Assembly (NCBI RefSeq): GCF_001194135.2
Contig: NC_068986.1
Location: forward strand, 44,654,943 to 44,718,942
Length of the DNA: 64,000 bases
Direction: 5' to 3'
Source of the DNA: Octopus bimaculoides
Lineage: Eukaryota
Shown here: piece by piece, positions 1 through 10,600 of the stretch
Position numbering within the stretch: the stretch's first letter is position 1
Layout of the letters: every line of letters begins with the position of its first letter
Made by a program: the position numbers and the translations under genes
The notes under the pieces: model-generated
Told to the model about the DNA's origin: nothing
The model's input: only the letters and a program-made list of their open reading frames with translations
Databases searched by the model: none

Positions 1-27
1 ACACACACACACACACACACTCACACA
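1..27. repeat. (AC)n microsatellite, truncated by window start
   Basis: (AC)10 followed by tcacaca. Confidence 0.95.
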
Positions 28-173
28 GGGTAAAAGATACCACTTTTTCTATGTTTGTATTCTACTGTTTTTTTTTTTATTTTGTACTTGGATATTCAGC
101 TAGCTACACTGAAGAAGGTGATCCACTTTGCTTAAGGGGATGATGCAATACCCCCAGTAAGAGGTGGACCCAT

Positions 174-182
<9 letters not shown>

Positions 183-210
<28 letters not shown>
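183..210. repeat. (AT)14 microsatellite
   Basis: Perfect AT dinucleotide run. Confidence 0.95.
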
Positions 211-214
<4 letters not shown>

Positions 215-901
215 GCATCATAACTATTTAGTCATACAAATATTCTTAAATTTAATTTCATTTATCTATTTTATTGAGAGCAAAGGTGATTCCTGTCTAT
301 ATTTCTAAGATGTGTTCTAATCAGAGCAATGTGCATAAGTAGAACCTTTAACTTAATACTTTCTGTTTCTAGTTTCACTGTAGCCCTATGACCAAAAAAC
401 ATTCCAATCATAGTCACCCCATCCTTTTTGTTTTATTACAGTGAAGTTAGGATTACATTATACAGTCAATGTGTCCTTCTTTTGTTTGTTTAAAATGATA
501 GTGTGTTATTTGGAGAAGATACCTGCTATATCTAGCAAGCTGGATGACTATGAAGAGTAGGCACGAGCAACCCTTTTTCAAGAAGTAGGCTATATGATAC
601 ATGGTTCATCATCATATAGGCCACACTACAAATGAAATTCATATAACTTTCTGTTGGTGTGCCATTCTGGCTGCATATTTTGGTGAATTACATCTACCAA
701 CATTATGGTGGATCTCTGAACCTCCAGAAACAGCTGTTGGACTTGTAACACTTTACCCCCTTCTCTTTAATTTTCTCTGTTGCTTGTACTCTGTGTAAGT
801 TTGATCTATTAATATATAAATATCTAAATATTTATAAATAAATATTCATCGTCTGAAAATCTTTAGTCTTTGCTTTCTCTCTGTTTATATGCACACACAT
901 A

Positions 902-1452
902 NNNNNNNNNNNNNNNNNNNNNNNNNNNNNNNNNNNNNNNNNNNNNNNNNNNNNNNNNNNNNNNNNNNNNNNNNNNNNNNNNNNNNNNNNNNNNNNNNNN
1001 NNNNNNNNNNNNNNNNNNNNNNNNNNNNNNNNNNNNNNNNNNNNNNNNNNNNNNNNNNNNNNNNNNNNNNNNNNNNNNNNNNNNNNNNNNNNNNNNNNNN
1101 NNNNNNNNNNNNNNNNNNNNNNNNNNNNNNNNNNNNNNNNNNNNNNNNNNNNNNNNNNNNNNNNNNNNNNNNNNNNNNNNNNNNNNNNNNNNNNNNNNNN
1201 NNNNNNNNNNNNNNNNNNNNNNNNNNNNNNNNNNNNNNNNNNNNNNNNNNNNNNNNNNNNNNNNNNNNNNNNNNNNNNNNNNNNNNNNNNNNNNNNNNNN
1301 NNNNNNNNNNNNNNNNNNNNNNNNNNNNNNNNNNNNNNNNNNNNNNNNNNNNNNNNNNNNNNNNNNNNNNNNNNNNNNNNNNNNNNNNNNNNNNNNNNNN
1401 NNNNNNNNNNNNNNNNNNNNNNNNNNNNNNNNNNNNNNNNNNNNNNNNNNNN
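902..1452. other. Assembly gap (551 N) flanked by CA/TA microsatellite sequence
   Basis: Run of N; flanks are gcacacacata and atatatatatatacatac. Confidence 0.98.
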
Positions 1453-1635
1453 ATATATATATATACATACATATATTTAATGGACTTCCATCCAGTTTCC
1501 ATCTTTCACTCAAAAGGCATTGGTCAATCCTAGGCTATAATAGAAAAAACTTGCTCAAGGTGCTGCACAGTGAGGCTAAATCTCAATTAACATGGTTTTA
1601 AAGTGAGTTGCTTAACGACCTCTATATATATATAC

Positions 1636-2129
1636 TACTCCCTGGTGTGCAGGCGGGAGAGATATGTAATAATTTACATATGAAAAATACTGGAAGGACT
1701 GGTACCAAACTTTGGCATCAAGTACTACACAAATACCCACACAGGTCGCCACTGTATAGTACCAAGGGTACCATCCACTGCATCTCACATAAGAGCAAGG
1801 TATTGCAACAGCCTCAGTTTCAGAGGACCTCAGCTCTTTAATGCCCTGCCAAAACAATTGAAAGACCTGCAAAACATGGATATAGAGGTCTTCAAAACAA
1901 AACTCGACATTTTCCTATCCATGATACCAGATGAACCGATGGCTCGAAATGAGACACAGTTGAGGGGCCCAATGTCAAATTCTCTTATACACCAGATGTG
2001 CCATCGAAAGTCTTGATTGGACTACATCAGGTGGTGGAGAAGAGCCATACAAAGAATGTGCAGAGAGCACAGCATAAGGAGGAAAAGTCATGGTGGTGCT
2101 CTAGCACAATCACAGCCACTTGGCTGAAA

Positions 2130-2132
<3 letters not shown>
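1636..2132 (+). mobile_element. 5'-truncated, inactivated CR1/L2-clade LINE: ORF2 C-terminus plus 3' UTR
   Basis: Frame from 1636 reads YSLVCRRERYVIIYI*KILEGLVPNFGIKYYTNTHTGRHCIVPRVPSTASHIRARYCNSLSFRGPQLFNALPKQLKDLQNMDIEVFKTKLDIFLSMIPDEP...SNSLIHQM, with stop at 2014-2016. This matches the post-RT C-terminal motifs of CR1/L2 LINE ORF2 (SLERRRERY..IY.WKIL; GP.LFN.LP; FK.KLD.FL). TGA at 1681 is probably a W-to-stop mutation. The element runs into an (AT)n tract. Confidence 0.85.

Positions 2133-2201
<69 letters not shown>
2133..2201. repeat. (AT)~34 microsatellite at the LINE 3' end
   Basis: Perfect AT run. Confidence 0.95.
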
Positions 2202-2205
<4 letters not shown>

Positions 2206-2314
2206 TATATGCCAAATAACTATATATCCCAAATTATATATATAATTATATATGCCAAATTTTAGCCAGTCTTACGATGGCTTAACAGGCCAAGATTTCG
2301 AAGGCACTGTCAAC

Positions 2315-3218
2315 AATAGTTTGATCAATGTTTACTATTCAGTACTAAGAATAAACTTGTATTCCACAAGAGTATAGACTAACACCTCAGATTAATGTAA
2401 AATTGTTTTTATTATAACCAAACATAAAAACAAACATCAAAAATATGCTTCTCAACCACATGGTTCCAGGTTCAGTCTCACTGCGTGGCACCTTGGGCAA
2501 GTGTCTTCTACTATAGCCTTGGGCCAACCAAAGCTTTGTGAGTGCATTTGGTAGATGGAAACTGAAAGAAGCCTGTCGTGCATATATATGTATATATATC
2601 CATGTGTGTGTGTAGGTCTTTGTGTCTGTGTTTGTCCCCCGCACCATCGCTTGACAACTGATGTTGGTGTGTTTATGTCACTGAAACTTAGCGGTTTAGC
2701 AAAAGAGACTGATAGAATAAGTACTAGACTTACAAAGCATAAGTCCTGGAGTTAGTTTGTTTGATTAAAAGCAGTGCTCCAGCATGGCCGCAGTCAAATG
2801 ACTGAAATGTATAAAGGAGTAAAAGAGTATATGCTGAGTAAAAAATAACAATTTCCTGAGAGAATGTACCAGTCTTTGAGGTAGACCTTTGAAGATTTGA
2901 GAACAAGGTTTCATCAAAGAAATAGATTAGTGTTCAAATACGTGTAGCAGTTTTAAAAAGCCATCATAAATATGCTGCTGATGATGATAATTCTCCTTTG
3001 ATTATACTTGAGTACCATATTTTTAACAGAAAGATAGTATGTTGCTTATAGAGGCTTGAGAATTCAATCCTGTTTCAAGGACTCTGAAAACACAACTAGA
3101 TTAGAAATTGTATTAAGAGAATATATTAATATTGTGTAAATTTCTTTTTATAGTAAAAGATAAAGAGCACAAAATATTAGGCTAATAGTTTGATCAATGT
3201 TTACTATTCAGTACTAAG
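2315..3218 (+). repeat. Exact 35-bp direct repeat pair (2315-2349 and 3184-3218)
   Basis: aatagtttgatcaatgtttactattcagtactaag occurs identically twice, 869 bp apart. Confidence 0.9.
2446..2829 (+). mobile_element. tRNA-derived SINE (octopus-type), 5'-truncated
   Basis: B-box-like GGTTCAGTCTC at 2469-2479; core ccttgggcaagtgtcttctactatagcc...tggtagatggaaactgaaagaagcc; internal (TA)/(TG) tract; 3' part gtgctccagcatggccgcagtcaaatgactgaaa ending in a short aaagagt repeat. Matches my recollection of an abundant Octopus SINE; not database-verified. Confidence 0.8.
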
Positions 3219-3431
3219 TATTTGGCATGTTGTTGACAAAATTATTAAAAAATAATTTGTTTTAAATTAATTTCCAAGTTAGCATGGATACTGAAATATC
3301 TATATTTGGATATATTTTAGACTAAAGTGTTTTATAGTTAGTTTATTCATCAGTTCATCAACCATTCAGTCAGGTGATAATATCTGCTTTCTAGCAAGTG
3401 AAATAATGACTTCTTGTAAGTAGTTGACATT

Positions 3432-3659
3432 TTAACCCTTTCGTTACCAACCCGGCTGGAACCGGCTCTGGCTCTGAGTACAAATGTCATATTTTCATAA
3501 GTTTTGAATTAAAATCTTCCACCAAACCTTAGTCAAAATTTATGTTCCTAACACTAGCTTAGTGATAACTAAGTTATTTTACTAAATTCTTTGTGATATT
3601 TAAAGGAATTGAAAGAAACACAGAGCATCTCAAAATAAATACAGTAACAAAAGGGTTAA
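3432..3659. mobile_element. Non-autonomous DNA transposon (MITE), piggyBac-like, 220 bp
   Basis: TTAA (3432-3435) + CCCTTTCGTTAC (3436-3447) ... GTAACAAAAGGG (3644-3655) + TTAA (3656-3659). The terminal inverted repeats match at 11/12 positions. TTAA duplication and CCC...GGG ends are typical of piggyBac. Confidence 0.85.
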
Positions 3660-4610
3660 TCACATCCAAAATGCCTCTCAAACTAACTCTTATGAAATGA
3701 AATTATAAAATCAATAAATGAATGAAGCATGTTAAAGAATACTGTATTTTCAAGTATATAAGTTGATATAGCATATAGTGCAAACATGGTGTAAACATTC
3801 AAACATCATCACTATCTTTCCAAGTCCTGCTGCATTTCTCATGGAATTGTTTGTCCTTCAAAATCATCTTGGTGTATAAGTCAGCTTACCTTTTTTGACT
3901 GTAAATTTTGGTTGGAAAAATTTAACTTGTATGCTGGAAAATACGATATATTCACAAACTTTTGATTGGTTATATACATCTGAATTTATGTTCTACTAAT
4001 GAAATTAGGATAATCATGGAATTTTAAAATTTGTAATTGTGATATTTTATGTCATCTTCATATGTATGTTTCTGTTTTCTTAAAACAATATATTTTTGTT
4101 ATTAGAATTGATACTTTTGAGGTTGTTATCTTTCCTTTTATTTTCTCTTTTAATATAAATGTCCTTATAATATGTTTACCATAACTGCTTTGTGAATTGA
4201 GTATGGGTTAAGACGTATTAATACTCTTAGAAAAGACAAAAATGTTATAATTCCTATTTATTCTTCTAAATATTTGAAGTTTCAGGTCTAGCTGGAAGAA
4301 GCAACAAGAATCAGTTTTAGTGTAACTGTAATTGTGTACTATGACAGTGTTATGACCTGTTAAACCCAGACAAAGATTTTAGTAAAAGATATCTTAGTAT
4401 GCATTATCTATAACTGCTTATAGTTACAACATTCCTTCACATATATTGTTACCATCACGAAGTTATATTTAATTATAGTAGATATTAACTGGAAATAGCA
4501 TCGTTGAAATAATGTTATATGTAACATATATTATTAGGAAAGACAGCAAAAATGCTCAAAAGCTTGATTTTAATAACTGTAGTTCAAAAGATTATTAAAA
4601 AAAATGATTT

Positions 4611-7600
4611 TTGAGTTTTAATGAGATCATAATGGATATTTTTATTTCTTTTTCAGGTCTGAAACCAAACTTGGTGATTATCTTAGTAGTATACTCTGTA
4701 ACCTTCAAACCATTAATAATCCAAGCAAGTAAAAACCAATATATTATTGAATATTGGACTAAAAAAGCTGAAAAACAAATGGAAATCAATACAAATATGC
4801 CAACACACTACAAACCCTATGAAATTAATTATATTAGGACAAATAAACTCTTAGATGAACAAAGTTTACAGAAAAAGTTAAAAAGTATATTAGATCTAAG
4901 AAAGCTTAGGCAAATTACTAATTTTAAATTTCAAAATTCATTTAATGAATCTGTGTTGTCATTGGAAGTATTTAGTGATAAACATAAGTTTCAGGAGATT
5001 CATATTGTATATATCAACCATCTTAGTGACTTAGTAACCATAAAACCAAATTTAACATTAATCAACAAAAATCACAAGTTTTTTAAAAAAAGGAAAATTA
5101 AAGTGATTCTGGTGCCCTTGGAAGAATTATATCATAGTAATAGCTCAAATTTTATTCTTGATATCATAAAGCAAAAGCATTTACATAATAATTCTAAAAT
5201 TAGTAGCTTTTCTAATAGTAAAAAATTAAGGGTATTTTATTTTTTGCCAATTAAGGATAGAGTAGATGTTTTAAGTAATATGTTTCTCAACCAATTCTTT
5301 AAAATTTGTTTTCTTTTACATAATAACTTGGAAATCTGTGATAGGTATAACATTACAAAATTAGTGGAGCAAAATTCAGCTGTAAATATTAAAATATTGG
5401 TTATTATGGAAGATACTTTTATGAATATTTCAGAAATTGCATGGTACTTCCTTAAACCTCAAGGGATGAATGGTTTTGTAAATTATGTTTATTTAGTCAA
5501 TTACAACTTTCTACTTAAAAAGACTAACGATAAAATAAATCATTTTGTAATTATTTGTAAGATTAAATCCCAAAACAGTACTTTTTCAACACTATTTGAT
5601 GATAGACTTAAAGATGAAGTGGTATGCAAATATCTTAGTTCTCTGGGATCCTCTGTGATATTAATAGTAAACCATGCTAAAAGTAATACAGACTTCATTG
5701 ATGAAAAATCTGTTGAACTTCTCCATAATTATATCCCTGAAATTAAAGTTTATGTATTAAAATCAAATATAATTCTCTATTTTAAAAGTCATTACCTGAA
5801 ATATAGAATAATTTCTCAAGCCCAAAGTAACTACTCAACAAAAAAAGATGTAAATAGTAAATTCAGTTTAAAGAATTTTAAAAACAAAGGCATTTATGCA
5901 CCAAAAACTGCAGTTTCTCAACTACCCTACATCCTTTCATCTAATTTATTTCATTTTGATATTCAAAACCATCGTCTATTTTTTGTTAAGTCTACAGCTT
6001 CCATAATTTTTACTCAATTACATTCTGGTGAAACAAGTACCCTGAATCCAAGTGTCAGTCTGTTTATGACAAAATCTGTGTTACAAATGCTCAACAACAC
6101 AAATAACATAAAGTTATTTGGCAAAAATATAATACAAGTAAAGAATTACAAATTATTTACTTCTAGAATCAAACGAGACATTAGTTTTGGAAACAGAAAA
6201 AAGTTGCATTTAAAAAAGAATGATGATTCATCATACTTAAAAAAACGAAAAAAAATATTTAAAATCCAATCACCAAAGAAACTAGCCAAACAAAGAATAG
6301 TTTCAAACCAAAAATTAGAAGATGAAGCTGATAATGAGGAGTTTGAAACTAGGTGCTCACAAGAAAGAGAAAAAGAGGAGGGATCAGACGACAGTCCTAA
6401 AAAAATACCTGAAATATTTGATAAATTTAATTCAGATCAAAGAGATTATTATGAAGATGAGAAAGTTAAGCACAGGCGAAAAATACATTTTCCATGGAAA
6501 AGAAATAAATTACAGAAATTTGTAAATTCTAAAAAGAGAATTTCTAAAGTATTTGGCTCAAATAAAGTAAACAAAATAGAGTTATCTTTACAAAACACAG
6601 CAGTTAAAGGTGGAAATGGAGACAGCCAGTCAATTGCAATTTCTCTCGTTTGTATTCATGAGACCAATTTTATAAAATATGGAAATAACATACCTGTAAC
6701 ACTAAATTGCTCTTCTCCTGGCAAAGTTGCTCCTAAACCAGATGATGTAATTGTTTATTTGTATTGCACTCCAAAAATAAGTAGCAACAATAGCAGTGGG
6801 GATAAAGTAGATATAAACTTAAACTGTGTTCCTGGACTGAGTGCTACTTCTAATGGCTCACTCTTACCAGTGAATCTTCACTGTACTAGTGACCTTGATA
6901 TTCCTTCATATAAAGACTTTCTTCATATATCTTTAAACTGTCTGCCTATTGTAAATTATAACCATTCTGTGGATGAAAAGTTCTCCCAAGGAATGGTAAC
7001 TAGTAAAACAATTGAAATATTAATGACAGGAAATAAATCAGACCAATCAGAAAAACATCTGAGAAAACTCTCTGTATCTCTCAGATGTATAACACGCCGA
7101 GGCTTTGCAGTAGATGGGAAAACTATAGATGTTTATGTACATTGTATACCAGGTTATGTATCTAAAACTCCCCGTAAAAAGCTTGTTGCAAAATCAAAAT
7201 TTTCAAGGAGACAAGGAAGGCAGAAATGTCCTTATCATAGGCTAAAAAAGGGGAAGAGGTTGTATATAAAGAGATATTCCTTGAAAGATAAAAGAAAAAG
7301 ACTTTTGTTGATCGATAAAGCAAAGAAAAGGGGATCACAGTCAAGTGTAGGGCAGCCAAAACTGAAAAGCAGAAAAAAGTCCTTACTGAGAAGGAAAAAA
7401 CAGAAATATTTAAAAAAACATTTCCCTACTAAACCTTGTAAAAAGCTTATGACTAAAATATTTACTACTCCAGCACCTGTTTCATCTACTACACTGAAAA
7501 TGCTCAAAATACATCACACTTTATCTGTTTTATTAAAAAAAACTGTATTATTTAATACTGTGGCTACTGTCAATTTAAGGAGAACAGTAAGTAGCAGACT

Positions 7601-10600
7601 TTTTAATCAAGTGACAATAAGTCGGAAACTCCCAATATTTTCTATTCCACTGAAAGATACCATTCAAAAACAATGGCATAGTTCTACAGAATTGATCCCT
7701 TCAGTGAGATCAACACCACCTGTTTATGCTGAAAAATACAACACAACAGAAAGAGTATTAGGTATATTTAAGGAAGTCCTTACAACAAACAGACAAGAAG
7801 TGAAAACTAGCAACTTAAAATCATATAAAACATCACAAAATATAATACAACATTCACCATTCAGTTTTAATATCTCCAAAATAAATAGTACCAGCAAAAA
7901 ATTGGAACTCATAAGATCAGAGAAATTATCTCCAATTAGAACACAATCTTACATGGTTACATCAAAAACATTACCAGTCATTCCACATAATATACCTACA
8001 AAAATTACATCTAATTTTAGTCTGGATATTGTAGAAGTCACTGATACATTTCTGTATCCAGAAAAAACAACTTTGATGATAACCAAAATAGTTAAATTAG
8101 GTGAAAGTATGAGATTATTTCCTAATATCTCCTATACAGAAGGAACAACATTCTCTAATTTGCATCTTAGGATCCAGTCTCAATTATATCAAAATAATCA
8201 AAGTAAAAGTATTCCTTCAAAAGATTTGAGTTCTTTAAAAAGTTATTATACTACTGTGAAAATATCTCTGTCAAAGCAGAAGCCCTATTCCAAAACTACC
8301 ATGGATTCATCATTTATATTCAAAAAGTACTTGTTAGGACTACTTCAGACATTTAGAAGTATTGAGAATACATCAAAAGCCTCAAAAGTATATCAAACTA
8401 CACCTACTTGGTGGGAGTTATTGAAACTAAATGAGTCTAAATCACTAGAAACATTAGTAAAACCAGTTGAGAAATTTGTAACAGTTGCTTTAGACCAAAC
8501 CAAATCAGTTGATGATTTGTTTAAAAGCTTATCATTCATGTTAAATCAGTCATCAATATTCATGACAGATATTAACCAAACTACAGAACAAAGAGATGGT
8601 AGTAAAGTAAAAATATATGAAATGCTTTCAAAGTCAACAAAAAGAAAGTTATTTAGTGGGGAACAGATAACAACACAAGTAATTCTTCAATATACATTGT
8701 TTGAAAAAATAAAAACACATGTAAAATATCAGCTAACACCAAAATATTTTTATACATTTTTAACACCAACTTTCTTATCTGATCAGATAACTACACCAAT
8801 TACCAGAGAGAAACTACATAAATCACACTTTATACCAACTGTATGGTTTATTGAGAAAAGTACATCTCAGTCTATATTTCTTAGTATAGGCAGTCCAAAG
8901 ATTCCACTGTTGATGAGCACAACGCACATTCTAGATCAACTTAAACTACAGTTTTGGGACAAGATTTCTAGAAGAGTAACTGAGAAAATATCGACAAAAA
9001 AAGCAAGACAATTAATTAAGGAATTTACTTTATCAGATGTCTCACAGAGTTCTGACAAAGGTTTCACTTCAGGAGATACAGATTTACTATATATCAATGC
9101 AAGCAAGAAATTACTTTCTCCTGGATCAGCTCATATTAAGTATGTTCTTGGAGGAAATGTTGGTCAAGATGTAGGCTTGAACTATAACTTAAACACATAT
9201 GAGATTTTTGTTCCTTGGTTAGATATAACAGAACCTATGGCACCATTAAATGAGTCTTTGATTACAGCAAAACATGGAAGATCAACTTCAGTAGAACGAC
9301 TGAGACAAATTACCAAAAGTGAGGATGAATCAAAACAAATTGATTTAAAATCCAAAACTATTCATGATGATCCAAAAGTAATTTTGGCTTTGTCAGGAGC
9401 AGAATTTGACAAGAAAAGTTTAAACAAGCCAATATTACCTGCCCATTCTCTACCAGAAGAAATTGCAACCCCTATTTTATTCCAATCCAATGTACAGTAT
9501 TTTGACCAAGAAGTTACTTTTATAAATCTGACATATACTTATGACAAGGAAATATATGAAGCAAGAGAAACAGGCTCAGTAAAAGAAATGTCAGTCCCGT
9601 TTACTACTTTTCAAGAAGGGATATCAATTGTGCCTCCTGAAAGCAGAGATTACATTGACTCTGGTGTTGATACAACAGAGTTGGAATTTATCACACAACA
9701 AATGATGCTAAAACATAAAACTGAAGTAGAGGATAAAAGTGGATTTGAAATTTTGAAAATTCCAAGAATTAGTGAAGAAAAATCAAGTGATCTTTTCAGT
9801 TCTACAACAATAACATTTGAGAAAACTCTGACTTTACTTACAAGAAATTTGTCAACTAAATTATTAAAATATGTAAGGACTGGAAGATTAACAGAAATTA
9901 TCATTCAACATAAAGATGTGACAGAAGCAACCATTTCAAGAAATACAACACATGTGCTTCTTTTAGAGGAATTACATACTTATTCTTTTGCAACAACAAT
10001 CTCACTGTTCAGAAGTAGTATAACTGCTGTTGCTAAGAAAGTTGTGACAGTTCCCCAAATACATATAGGTGGATCAGTTTCTACTAGTTATGTTATTGTT
10101 GATAGGGATAACATCGTAGTTCCACAAGTATATACAAGTGGATCAATTTTTTCTGAGGATTTTATTGTTACTATGGATGAAGTTCTACAAGCACATTCAG
10201 ATCAATCATTTGTTGCTAGGGACATCACAATTTCACAAATACACATAAAAGTATCAACTACTCAAAAGAAAGCAGTTGATATTAGGGAGACTGTTACAGT
10301 TCCACAAATACACATAGATAACATTCTTGGTTCTGGGAGTGTTGTTACTTGGGAGACTGTTACAGATCCGCAAATACATACAGAAGATTCTCTTTTTACT
10401 AAAGACGTTGTTACTAGAGATATGATCACATCTCAACAAATACATACAAATGGATTCACTGTTTCCAAAACTATTGTCGTTGCCAGTAATGTGTCCAAAG
10501 TTCCACAAATACACACAGTTGGCTCCTTTGTTTTTAAGGACAGCTTTCCTAGAGATATTGCTTCAGTTTCATCAAAAAGTATTGCTGAATCAAGTATCAC

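Noticed and set aside
601-798. 65-aa ORF
   Set aside because: Short, no recognisable motif, lies in AT-rich repeat-laden flank; no support for coding.
863-1601. Four 200+ aa ORFs (both strands)
   Set aside because: They consist almost entirely of X from the N gap.
1608-1872. 77-aa + and 86-aa - ORFs
   Set aside because: Off-frame and antisense readings of the LINE fragment; the meaningful frame is the one starting at 1636.
1998-2755. IYIY-rich ORFs and SINE-overlapping ORFs
   Set aside because: Translations of (AT)n microsatellite and SINE sequence.
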